Assembly (NCBI GenBank): GCA_963748015.1
Contig: CAVVHE010000004.1
Span: forward strand, 768,001 to 832,000
Direction of reading: 5' to 3'
Length of the DNA: 64,000 nt
Source of the DNA: Terriglobia bacterium
Lineage (GTDB): Bacteria > Acidobacteriota > Polarisedimenticolia > Polarisedimenticolales > JAIQFR01
Part shown: piece after piece, positions 36,800-46,226 of the stretch
Numbering within the stretch: the stretch's first letter is position 1
Layout: each line of letters begins with the position of its first letter
The notes under the pieces: model-generated
Databases searched by the model: none
Seen by the model: only the letters and a program-made list of their open reading frames with translations
Told to the model about the DNA's origin: nothing
Program-made: the position numbers and the translations under genes

Positions 36800-39520
36800 A
36801 TGACGAAGATCGAGATCAAGCCCCTGTTCCAGCGACTCAACGGCTTCTGCACCCGGTCGCTGGAAGGTGCGGCGGGCCTCTGTATCTCCCGCGGGCACTA
36901 CGAGGTGACGGTCGAGCACGTCCTGCTGAGGATGCTCGACGATCCCGCGGCGGACCCGGCGCTGATCCTCCTCCACTTCGAGGCCGACGTCGCGAAGGTG
37001 CAGCGCTCGCTGCAGCGCGCGGTGGAGGCCTTGCGGTCGGGCAACGCGGGGAAGCCCGTCTTCTCTCCCGTGCTCATCGAGTGGATCAAGGACGGCTGGC
37101 TCGTGGCGTCGATCGAGTGGGGCCTGCCCGAGATCCGGTCGGCCGCCCTCGTCGCGGTCCTCGCCGGTGACCCCGGGAAGTTCCTCGCGGACGATCACCC
37201 GGAGCTGGGCAAGGTCCGCCCGGAGGAGCTGGCGCGCTCCTACATGGACATCGTGGCGGGCTCGCCGGAGGAGGTCTCGCTGCGTCGAGCGGAAGATCGC
37301 GCGGCGGCGCCGGCGGGGGCGGGGAGCGCGCCGGGAGCCGTCGGGGGGGCGCTCGCGCGCTTCGCGACGAATTTCACGGCCGCCGCCAAGGCGGGCAAGG
37401 TGGATCCGGTATTCGGCCGCGATCGCGAGATTCGCCAGGCCATCGACATTCTCGCCCGCCGGCGGAAGAACAACCCGATCGTCGTCGGAGAGGCGGGGGT
37501 AGGGAAGACGGCGATCGTGGAGGGGCTCGCGCTGAGGATCGCCGAGGGAGACGTCCCCGACTTCCTGAAGAACGTGGACATCTGGGGACTCGACATGGGG
37601 CTCCTGCAGGCTGGCGCCGGCGTGAAGGGAGAGTTCGAGAGCCGGCTCAAGGGGGTCATCGACGAGGTCAAGGCGAACACCAAGGGGATCATCCTTTTCA
37701 TCGACGAGGCGCACACGCTCGTCGGCGCGGGCGGCGCGGCGGGAATGGGGGATGCGGCGAACCTCCTGAAGCCCGCGCTGGCTCGCGGCGAGATGCGGAC
37801 CATCGGTGCGACGACCTGGATGGAGTACAAGAAGTACTTCGAGGAGGACCCCGCTCTGGCCCGGAGGTTCCAGCCCGTCAAGGTCGACGAGCCGTCGGCC
37901 GCCGACGCGGCGATCATGTTGCGCGGCCTCAAGGAAAAGTACGAAAAGTTCTACGACGGGATCGAGGTGCGAGACGACGCGGTGGAGGCTGCCGCGACGC
38001 TCTCGGCACGGTACATCCCGGGACGCCAGCTTCCCGACAAGGCGGTGGACCTCCTCGACACGTCCGCGGCGCGCGTGAAGATCGGCCTGACCACGAAGCC
38101 CGGCTTCATGGAGGACATCCTGCGCAAGATCCAGGCGATGGAGCGCGAGACGGCCGCGGTGGAGCGGGACCGCGACGGCGGGACCCCCGTGAACGAGGAG
38201 CACGCGGCCGAGCTGGCCGCTTCGCTCGAGGCGGCGCGCGCGGATCTCGCGGCGAAGGAAACGGCCTGGAAGAAGGAGAAGGACGCGGTCGAGCGGGTGA
38301 TCGATCTCAGGAAGCGCTTAGGCGCCTCCAAGAAAGGGATCCCGGCCGCGGCTCCGCCGGACGGCGCCGCCGAGGGGGCTCCGGCGCCCGCTTCACCCGC
38401 CTCCCTCGGGGCGCTGAAGGTCGAGCTCGAGTCGGCCCTCAACGAGGTGAAGGCCATCCAGGGGAAGACGCCGGTCGTGCACCTCGACGTCAGTCCGGAG
38501 GTGGTCGCTTCCGTGGTGGAGAACTGGACCGGCATCCCGGTGGGGAAGATGGTAGGCGACGAGGCCACCGCGGTCCTCACGCTGGGCCAGCGTCTCAAGG
38601 AGCGGATCAGGGGGCAGGATCACGCCATCGACTCCATTTCCGAGGCGCTCAAGGCTGCCAAGGCGGGCGTGCAGGATCCGAACAAGCCCATGGGGGTGTT
38701 CCTGCTGGCGGGTCCCAGCGGCGTCGGCAAGACGGAGACCGCGCTCGCCGTGGCCGACCTGCTCTTCGGCGGCGAGAAGTTCATGGTCACGATCAACATG
38801 TCGGAGTACCAGGACCGCGAGATGGGGGTCTCGGGCCTGGTGGGGGCCAAGCCGGGGTACGTCGGGTACGGAAAGGGAGGCACGCTGACCGAGGCGGTCC
38901 GGCAGCGCCCGTATTCGGTCGTCCTCCTGGACGAGATCGAGAAGGCCTGCCAGGAAGTGCGAAACTTGTTCTTCCAGGTCTTCGACAAGGGAGACCTGAC
39001 CGACGGCACGGGACGCAGCATCGATTTCAAGAACACGGTGATCTTCATCGCGACGAATCTGGCTTCCGACACGATCCAGCAGATGTGCGCCGCGGGCCCG
39101 GCTCCGGATCCGAAGGAGATCCTGGACGGTATCCGGCCGGCGCTCAGCAAGGCTCTGCAGCCTGCCTGGCTGGCGCGAACGACCGTCGTTCCCTATCTCT
39201 CCCTCGGGCCCGATGCGCTGCGGGAGATCGCGAAGCTCAAGGTGCGCAAGGTCGGCAAGAGGCTCCTCGAGAGCCACCGCATGTCCTTCGAGTACGACCC
39301 CAAGGTCGTCGACCGCATCGTGGACCGCTGCACCGAGGTCGAGACCGGGGCCAGGAACATCGACTACATCCTCCAGGGATCCCTCCTGCCGCGAATCTCG
39401 ACGGAGCTCCTCACGCGCATGGCGGAGGGAGCGGTACCCGAGGCGCTCCGGCTGGGCGTTGGGCCGGAGGGAGAGTTCACATTGGACTTCTCGGGGGCGG
39501 GGCGCGCCGCCGCGAGGTAG
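36800..39520 (+). CDS. tssH: T6SS AAA+ ATPase ClpV (TssH)
   Basis: Two Walker A/B pairs (GEAGVGKT/IDEAH; GPSGVGKT/DEIEKA), 'RRRKNNP', 'GYVGY', 'TGARNID'. Confidence 0.97.
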   Translation: MTKIEIKPLFQRLNGFCTRSLEGAAGLCISRGHYEVTVEHVLLRMLDDPAADPALILLHFEADVAKVQRSLQRAVEALRSGNAGKPVFSPVLIEWIKDGWLVASIEWGLPEIRSAALVAVLAGDPGKFLADDHPELGKVRPEELARSYMDIVAGSPEEVSLRRAEDRAAAPAGAGSAPGAVGGALARFATNFTAAAKAGKVDPVFGRDREIRQAIDILARRRKNNPIVVGEAGVGKTAIVEGLALRIAEGDVPDFLKNVDIWGLDMGLLQAGAGVKGEFESRLKGVIDEVKANTKGIILFIDEAHTLVGAGGAAGMGDAANLLKPALARGEMRTIGATTWMEYKKYFEEDPALARRFQPVKVDEPSAADAAIMLRGLKEKYEKFYDGIEVRDDAVEAAATLSARYIPGRQLPDKAVDLLDTSAARVKIGLTTKPGFMEDILRKIQAMERETAAVERDRDGGTPVNEEHAAELAASLEAARADLAAKETAWKKEKDAVERVIDLRKRLGASKKGIPAAAPPDGAAEGAPAPASPASLGALKVELESALNEVKAIQGKTPVVHLDVSPEVVASVVENWTGIPVGKMVGDEATAVLTLGQRLKERIRGQDHAIDSISEALKAAKAGVQDPNKPMGVFLLAGPSGVGKTETALAVADLLFGGEKFMVTINMSEYQDREMGVSGLVGAKPGYVGYGKGGTLTEAVRQRPYSVVLLDEIEKACQEVRNLFFQVFDKGDLTDGTGRSIDFKNTVIFIATNLASDTIQQMCAAGPAPDPKEILDGIRPALSKALQPAWLARTTVVPYLSLGPDALREIAKLKVRKVGKRLLESHRMSFEYDPKVVDRIVDRCTEVETGARNIDYILQGSLLPRISTELLTRMAEGAVPEALRLGVGPEGEFTLDFSGAGRAAAR

Positions 39521-39526
39521 CTGGCC

Positions 39527-41800
39527 ATGGCTTTGATCCGCTCCGGGCAGGTCGCGGACTACGTCTTCCAGGTCGCGGGAGGGTCCGCGGAGAAATTTCG
39601 TGTCGCCGCCTTCAAGGGAACGGAGGCGATGTCCGAGCCGTTCCTGTTCCGCCTCGAGCTGGTCTCGACGGACCGGGGCGTCGACTTCGCGACGGTGGTG
39701 GGCCAGGAAGCGACACTGACGATCTCGGCGCCCAAGGGGAAGAGGTGGGTGCACGGGATGGTCTCGCGCTTCGCGGCCGTGGCGGCGGGCGACCGGTTCG
39801 TCACCTACGAGGCCGAGCTTGTGCCGACGGTGTGGCGCCTCTCGCGACGCGCGGACTGCCGGATCTTTCAGGGAAAGTCGGTGCCGGACATCGTCAAGAG
39901 CGTCATCGAGGGCGCGGGCGTCCCCGCGAGCCGCATGAAGCTCTCGCTTCAGGCGACGTATCCCCCGCGGGATTACTGCGTGCAGTATCGCGAGACCGAT
40001 CTGGACTTCGTGTCCCGCCTCCTCGAGGAAGAGGGGATCTTCTACTGGTTCGAGCACACGGCGAGCGACGACGTGATGGTCATGGCCGACGTCAAGGACG
40101 CCGGGGTCGCGCTAGCGGGCGGCGCGGAGATTCCCTTCAGTCCGCCGGGTGGGATGATCGAGGAGAAGGAGCACGTCAGCGAATTCCGTCTCGCCCAGGA
40201 GGTGCGCTCCGGGAAGGCCACCCTCCGGGACTACAACCACGAGAAGCCCACGCTGGACCTCGAGGTGCACGGGCAGGCGGACAAGGAGCTGGACCTCGAG
40301 GTGTACGACTATCCCGGCGATTACGCGGACACCGGCGAGGGGAAACGACTGGTCGCGGCCCGCCTGGACGCGCTGCGCGCGAAGCGCGCGCTCGGAACGG
40401 GCGCGAGCGCGGTGCGCCGACTCCTCCCGGGCTTCCGTTTCAAGATGTCGGGGCACTGGCATTCGGGGCTGAACCAGGAGTACCTCCTGATTCGAGTGGA
40501 GCACGAGGGCTCTCAACCTCAGGTTCGCGAGGACGAGGCCGCCGGGGGGAAGGGCCCGCTGTACGCCAATACGTTCCGGTGCATCCCGTCCGCGACGGTG
40601 TTCCGGCCCGAATGCCGCACGCCGCGCCCCGTGATCGTCGGTGCGCAGACGGCGACCGTGGTGGGCCCGCAGGGGGAGGAGATCTACACCGACGACCAGG
40701 GCCGGGTGAAGGTCCAGTTCCCGTGGGACCGCCAGGGGCAGTGGGACGACAAGAGCTCCTGCTGGATCCGGGTGAGCCAGGAGTGGGCGGGCAAGGGGTG
40801 GGGGGCCACGATCCTGCCGAGGATCGGGCACGAGGTGCTGGTGACGTTCATCGAGGGGGACCCGGACCGCCCGATGGTCACCGGGAGGGTGTACAACGCC
40901 GTCAACGTTCCGCCGTACCCTCTCCCCGGCGAGAAGACCAAGAGCACCTTGAAGAGCGACTCCTCGAAGGGAGGAGGGAACTTCAACGAGATCCGCCTCG
41001 AGGACCTCGCGGGCTCCGAGCAGGTGTTCGTTCACGCCGCGAAGGACATGGACGTACGCGTGCTGAACGACCGCCGCGAGTGGGTCAAGAACGACCGGAG
41101 CCTCATCGTGAAGCGGGACCGGCTCGCGAGCGTGGAGAGGGACGATCACGCGACGGTGGGGCGCGACCTCGTGGAGGAGGTCAAGAGGGACCACCACGTC
41201 AAGGTCACGGGCAAGCAGGCGCAGGAAGTCGGCGGATCGACGTCCCTCAAGGTGAAAGGGGACCGGATCGAGGTCGTGGACGGCGCCTACTCCGTGAAGG
41301 TCACCGGGGATCTCGTCGTCAAGGGAACCAAGATCGTCCTCGACGCGAGCTCTGGGATCACGCTCAAGGTCGGCGGGAACTTCCTGACGGTCGACCCGAG
41401 CGGGGTGGCGATCAAGGGGACGCTCGTCCAGCTCAACAGCGGCGGATCGGCGCTCTCGGGGAGCCCGGGCTCCCCGGTGTCCCCGGTAGCGCCGCAGGCA
41501 CCGGTGGAGGCGGCGACCGCGGAGCCCGGGAAGCAGCCGCAGGCCCGGAGCGCGTCGCCGACACACGCGCCACAGTCCTCGGCCAACCAGCAGAAGAAGA
41601 ACTACATCGAGATCGAGATGAAGGACGACGAGGGGAACCCGATGGGCGGTCTGCGGTACGCCGTGGTGCTTCCCGACGGCTCGACGGTCGCGGACGGCAC
41701 CCTCGACGAGAAGGGGTACGCCAAGGTCGAGAACATCGATCCGGGGCAGTGCAAGGTCACCTTCCCGGACCTCCACGGCGATGCCTGGGATAATGCCTGA
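39527..41800 (+). CDS. vgrG: T6SS spike VgrG (TssI) with C-terminal transthyretin-like extension
   Basis: 'YCVQYRETD.DF.SRLLEEEGI', 'GRVKVQFPWDR', 'SCWIRV', 'PRIGHEV', 'EGDPDRP', 'FNE', gp5-like beta-helix repeats. Confidence 0.97.
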   Translation: MALIRSGQVADYVFQVAGGSAEKFRVAAFKGTEAMSEPFLFRLELVSTDRGVDFATVVGQEATLTISAPKGKRWVHGMVSRFAAVAAGDRFVTYEAELVPTVWRLSRRADCRIFQGKSVPDIVKSVIEGAGVPASRMKLSLQATYPPRDYCVQYRETDLDFVSRLLEEEGIFYWFEHTASDDVMVMADVKDAGVALAGGAEIPFSPPGGMIEEKEHVSEFRLAQEVRSGKATLRDYNHEKPTLDLEVHGQADKELDLEVYDYPGDYADTGEGKRLVAARLDALRAKRALGTGASAVRRLLPGFRFKMSGHWHSGLNQEYLLIRVEHEGSQPQVREDEAAGGKGPLYANTFRCIPSATVFRPECRTPRPVIVGAQTATVVGPQGEEIYTDDQGRVKVQFPWDRQGQWDDKSSCWIRVSQEWAGKGWGATILPRIGHEVLVTFIEGDPDRPMVTGRVYNAVNVPPYPLPGEKTKSTLKSDSSKGGGNFNEIRLEDLAGSEQVFVHAAKDMDVRVLNDRREWVKNDRSLIVKRDRLASVERDDHATVGRDLVEEVKRDHHVKVTGKQAQEVGGSTSLKVKGDRIEVVDGAYSVKVTGDLVVKGTKIVLDASSGITLKVGGNFLTVDPSGVAIKGTLVQLNSGGSALSGSPGSPVSPVAPQAPVEAATAEPGKQPQARSASPTHAPQSSANQQKKNYIEIEMKDDEGNPMGGLRYAVVLPDGSTVADGTLDEKGYAKVENIDPGQCKVTFPDLHGDAWDNA

Positions 41801-41833
41801 TCGCCGGGACCGCGCTGCGGGAGGCGGAACGCG

Positions 41834-42487
41834 ATGAGCGAGTACGTGGTCAAGCCGGGCGATTCGTTCGCGAAGATCGTGTTGGGCGCGGGGCTCGGCA
41901 CCGACTGGAAGAAGATCTACAACAGCGGCGACAACGCCGACTTCAGGAAAGTCTGTCCCGACCCGGACCTTCTCGTCCCAGGCGCGAAGTGCGTGCTCCC
42001 CGACAAGAAGAAGAAGGAGGAGAGCAAGCCCGGGAACTCTCTGGCGAAATTCAAGGTGAAGACCGCCAAGACGCAGCTGAACGTCGTCGTGATCCGTCCC
42101 GACGGCCAGCCGCTCAAGAACGCGGACTACGAGCTCACTCTCAAGGGGGGAGGGGGCGACGGAACGGTCGTCAAGAAGAAGACGGACGGATCCGGGGCGG
42201 TGAAGTGCGACATCCCGATCGACACCGAGGGGGCGACGCTCGCCCTCGAGGGACAGGAGCTCGAGCTGAAGATCGGCTGGCTCGAGCCGGTGGAGACGGT
42301 CAAGGGCATCCAGGCGCGCCTGCGCAACCTGAACTACGCCGTACCCGACGTCGACGGCAATGCGGCCGCCGGGACGGCGACCGAGCTGGCCGTCGCGGCG
42401 TTTCAGAAGCAGCACTCGCTCGGGGACCCCGCGGGCGAGATCGCATCCGCCACGCAGAAGAAGCTCAAGGACGTCTACGGTTGCTGA
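41834..42487 (+). CDS. LysM-like + transthyretin-like + PG_binding_1 domain protein
   Basis: N-terminal 'YVVKPGDSF.KI....G...W..IYN...N....PDPDLL.PG'; C-terminal 'GIQARLRNLNY...DG...T..AVAAFQK...L...G'; no signal peptide. Confidence 0.8.
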   Translation: MSEYVVKPGDSFAKIVLGAGLGTDWKKIYNSGDNADFRKVCPDPDLLVPGAKCVLPDKKKKEESKPGNSLAKFKVKTAKTQLNVVVIRPDGQPLKNADYELTLKGGGGDGTVVKKKTDGSGAVKCDIPIDTEGATLALEGQELELKIGWLEPVETVKGIQARLRNLNYAVPDVDGNAAAGTATELAVAAFQKQHSLGDPAGEIASATQKKLKDVYGC

Positions 42488-42522
42488 GCCCGCGCGGACG
42501 CGCCGAGGGGAGGAACTGAGGG

Positions 42523-44673
42523 ATGGCGGGCATCGAGAAGTGGATCGCCCCGGGGAAGAAGAACACGATCGCCCTGCCGGAGTACTCCGTGGAGCTGATC
42601 TACCTGGGGGACGACGGGATTCCGGTGGGGACAGGGGCGGGGGACCCGTACCGGTGCAGGTTCGAGCTGGTCGAGGAGGGCGGCGACCCGCCGACCGCCG
42701 TGGCCAAGGACGCGCGCATCCCGCTGGCGAAGGAGAACAAGGCCTACCGCGTTATGATCCACGACAACCACGCCGCCACGTCGACCGAAACGTCGTCGGG
42801 CGGCGGCGACGTTCTGGGAGCGGGCGCCGATTCCCTCGCCAAGCCCACCTGCTACGCGAACAACAACTGGGTCCGCGACGTGCGACCCGCCGTGGCCTTC
42901 CGCGTGAAGATCGTCAAGCGAGCGGCGGGCGTCCAGGTGACGGTTTCCCCCAACGAGGTCTTCGTCACCTGGAAGATCAAGGACCCGAAGGAAGACCTCG
43001 ACCGGGTGGACGTCTGCCGCAGCCCGGACCGCCCGAAGCAGTTCCTCAAGGAGTTCTTCACGAAGTTCAACCGCAAGACCGACGACAAGGGGTGGACGGA
43101 CGACGACAACTGCTCCGACCAGTTCGCGGGACTGCGGCAGCGGGACGGCAGCATCGACGCGTGCAAGGCGCTCTTCAGCGGCCCCTTCACCCCCCCTGGC
43201 GCGGCGCTCGAGCGCCAGCCGGACCCGCCCGGGTTGTCGTCCTCCGACCCGCACCACGAGAAATTGGCGCGAAGCCTCGTCACCCCGGAGGGCGACATCG
43301 GGGCCGATCCGATCGGCGTCTCCAACGTCGTCTTCTACCCTCCGGCGATCTCCGGGGACAACTACGTCTTCAGCATCGGGCTCGCGGGCCCGAGCGGCAA
43401 TCCGATCTCCTTCAAGGACTACGAGGGAAACACGGTCAAGGAATACGAGACCGGGAAATTCACGCTCTGGCGGAAGGTCACGATCGACATGCTGGTGACC
43501 TTCGACAGCGTGGACGAGAGCTACATCAACTGGGACGACGCGAAGAACGCGTACGGCGCGGCGTTCATGGACGTCGTGAAACCCGTCACGACGGTCAAGT
43601 TCGCGGAAGCGGCATGGAAAGCCAAGGTCCGGAAGTACCTCAAGGACACCCAGGGGGTCGGCGACGCGGACCTGAACGCCGCCGTGTGGGACTTCAACAA
43701 GTTCTTCCTGCCGAAGCTGTCCGAGAACGTGCTCAAGGCGATGTGGGCGGCTCTCGACCCGGCGAACAACCTGCCGGCGAACTACGGTCCCGGCGACGCC
43801 GACGACCTCTACTGGACCTGGGGCGCCGATTGCGCGAAGCTGTTCCTGGACAAGGCGTACGCGGACAAGGGGAAGACCTCCCCGCGGGCCGACGCCGCGC
43901 AGAACACGTCGCTAGGCCTCTACGTCTTCCTCTGCAAGAAGCTGCAGGCGGTTTCCGGGGCGCTCGGACAGTACATGGACGAGCGCGAGTTCTTCATGGT
44001 GACGGTGGGCGACGCGACCTGCACGTTCGTTCACGAAATGGGGCACGCCCTCTACCTCCGGCACGCGCTGACGTCCTTCGGCACGATCCAGAACGTCGGA
44101 GGGGTGAACACGCTGGTCGCGCCGTTCGTGACCCGGGACGTCGCGCACACTCGCGGTGCTTGGCTCGACCACGATCAGGACGACGCGATCGTCTGCGTCA
44201 TGTCGTACCAGAACGACTACTACGACAAGACCGGCAAGTCCCCCCTGGCCTCGGGCGCGGTGGAGTGGCACTTCTGCGCGATCTGCCTCCTCAAGCTCAG
44301 GTTCTGGGACACGGTGCTGCTCCGGGGGAACCGGTGGGTCCGCGCGATGGTGTACTCGAAGATGGCGCCGTTCAAGCTCACCGACGGCGGCCACGCGCCG
44401 CTGGGCAGCTTCACCATTCCTAAGGGCGTGGCAGGCCAGGTGCGCTGCGTCGCGAAGGCCGAAGCGACGTCGAACAACCTGGGGCAGAAGTTCGAAAAAG
44501 ACGTGACCGGGATGACGAACGCGAAGTGGATCAGCAGCAGGACGTCGGCCGCGGCGTTCACGGGGCCGGGCCGCCTCCAGGCCGGGGCGACGGCGGGGAA
44601 GAGCACGACGATTCACTTCGAGACCCCGCTGGGGGAGAAGAAGTCGAACAGCGCGACGGGGAGAGTCACGTAG
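42523..44673 (+). CDS. Putative T6SS cargo effector, metzincin-like zinc metalloprotease
   Basis: HEMGHALYLRH (HExxHxxxxxH), downstream Met-turn-like 'CVMSY', 'FCAIC'; no signal peptide; two genes after vgrG. Confidence 0.65.
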   Translation: MAGIEKWIAPGKKNTIALPEYSVELIYLGDDGIPVGTGAGDPYRCRFELVEEGGDPPTAVAKDARIPLAKENKAYRVMIHDNHAATSTETSSGGGDVLGAGADSLAKPTCYANNNWVRDVRPAVAFRVKIVKRAAGVQVTVSPNEVFVTWKIKDPKEDLDRVDVCRSPDRPKQFLKEFFTKFNRKTDDKGWTDDDNCSDQFAGLRQRDGSIDACKALFSGPFTPPGAALERQPDPPGLSSSDPHHEKLARSLVTPEGDIGADPIGVSNVVFYPPAISGDNYVFSIGLAGPSGNPISFKDYEGNTVKEYETGKFTLWRKVTIDMLVTFDSVDESYINWDDAKNAYGAAFMDVVKPVTTVKFAEAAWKAKVRKYLKDTQGVGDADLNAAVWDFNKFFLPKLSENVLKAMWAALDPANNLPANYGPGDADDLYWTWGADCAKLFLDKAYADKGKTSPRADAAQNTSLGLYVFLCKKLQAVSGALGQYMDEREFFMVTVGDATCTFVHEMGHALYLRHALTSFGTIQNVGGVNTLVAPFVTRDVAHTRGAWLDHDQDDAIVCVMSYQNDYYDKTGKSPLASGAVEWHFCAICLLKLRFWDTVLLRGNRWVRAMVYSKMAPFKLTDGGHAPLGSFTIPKGVAGQVRCVAKAEATSNNLGQKFEKDVTGMTNAKWISSRTSAAAFTGPGRLQAGATAGKSTTIHFETPLGEKKSNSATGRVT

Positions 44674-44736
44674 GCATCGCGGCGGGACGCCGGGATCGCG
44701 CCCGGGATATTCGGGGAACGAAAGGGAGTGCCTGAG

Positions 44737-46194
44737 ATGGCGAGCCTGAAGCTGGATCTGACCCTCGAGAAGAACGAGTTCGTCCGCGGCGAGTCCATCC
44801 GGTTTCTCATGGCGCTGACGAACGTGGGAGGCTCTCCGGTCACGGTCGCGACGGAGAAGCCGAAGAACCGCGCGTTCGCGATAACGGTCAAGTCGCCTTG
44901 GGGAGGGGAAAATCGCGGCGACGCGATGACCATGGTCGAGCGGGAGGGGGAGCACGTGGACGAGCCGCGCGACACCCCTACCCGCCTCCTCGCGCAGGGG
45001 GAGAAGCTTGCCGCGCGCGGCGACGTGATCCCATGGCTCGGCGAGCTCGAGCCCGGCGAGTACACGATCGAGGGAATCTACGAGTTCACGCCGGCGCTCT
45101 CCACGGTGTCCGCCCCGGCGTCCTTCAAGGTGGTCGAGGCCGCGCCGGTGTACGCGAGAACGGCGAGGCCGAATTTCGCCGGGCAGCGGGAGGCTTCCGA
45201 GACCGCCTGGCTCCACAAGACAGCGGCCGGGCACGGCCTGTTCCTCATGCGGTCGAGCCCGAAGAGTCCGCTCGTCGCCTACTCGAATACGCCGCTCGCG
45301 CAGATCCCGTTCCCGGCGGAGGTGATTCCCTCCTGCCACAACCGCGTGACCTGCCCGTCGGACCACCTGGTGTGGATGGCGGAGGACGGCAGCCTCCAGG
45401 TGCTCCGGCACAAGGCCGGCGTCGTGAGCGATCCGATCCTGTCGGTTCCGCTGCCCTCGGCGGACCTCGAGCCGGTGGGAGCTCCTTACTCCGACGGGAA
45501 AGGAAACCTCCATCTCGTCCTGGCCGCCGAGGGGGGCTCTCCCGCGTTCCTGTGCCAGGTCTCGGAGCGGACGAACGCGTCCTTCAGGCCATTCGAGTCC
45601 ACGGTCCCGCTCGGCTCGCCCCGGAGCGTGCTGTGGGGAGGGGACGAGACCCTCTCCGTGGTCTGGGTCGGGGCCGACGAGCGGGAGGTCATGGGCGCAA
45701 CGGTTTCTCTCGCCGCCCTGCCTCCGCGGATCGCGGGGAAGAAGATCTACACCGCGAGTCACCCGGTGATCGATCTCCGCCAGGCGCAGCAATCGCGCGA
45801 AGAGGCGGAAGGGTACGAGCGGCTGCTGTTCGTTCTCGCTTTCGACGACGTGAAGGACATCCTCTACCGCACGCGGGTGAGCCTGTCGACCTCGGAGACG
45901 GGGGAGCCGGAGCGCTTCGTGGTGGACGGTGTGGGCAATCTGGTCCTGCTCGACAGCATTCTTGACGAAGACCTGAACGCGCAGTACCTGTTCGCGGGAG
46001 CGGATGGCGCGGTGGTGCACGCCGACGGCTCCTTCAGCAAGTTAGCACCCGTTCTGACGGCTTCGAGACGGCCGGTGACGGTCGCGCATTGCCCGGGCCT
46101 CGTGGTGACGTCGAAGTTCGCGAAGCTCCGCGGCGCGTTCCTGAGGTACATCGAGGACGGAAGGAAGCTCTCGTGCGTCAAGCTCGGATCGTGA
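44737..46194 (+). CDS. Hypothetical protein, putative immunity protein (no signal peptide)
   Basis: Immediately after the putative effector; Ig-like N-terminus plus beta-rich region; paralogous to the next gene. Confidence 0.6.
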   Translation: MASLKLDLTLEKNEFVRGESIRFLMALTNVGGSPVTVATEKPKNRAFAITVKSPWGGENRGDAMTMVEREGEHVDEPRDTPTRLLAQGEKLAARGDVIPWLGELEPGEYTIEGIYEFTPALSTVSAPASFKVVEAAPVYARTARPNFAGQREASETAWLHKTAAGHGLFLMRSSPKSPLVAYSNTPLAQIPFPAEVIPSCHNRVTCPSDHLVWMAEDGSLQVLRHKAGVVSDPILSVPLPSADLEPVGAPYSDGKGNLHLVLAAEGGSPAFLCQVSERTNASFRPFESTVPLGSPRSVLWGGDETLSVVWVGADEREVMGATVSLAALPPRIAGKKIYTASHPVIDLRQAQQSREEAEGYERLLFVLAFDDVKDILYRTRVSLSTSETGEPERFVVDGVGNLVLLDSILDEDLNAQYLFAGADGAVVHADGSFSKLAPVLTASRRPVTVAHCPGLVVTSKFAKLRGAFLRYIEDGRKLSCVKLGS

Positions 46195-46226
46195 CGAATG
46201 GCGGCCGGTGCGAAGGGAGAGGGGCC

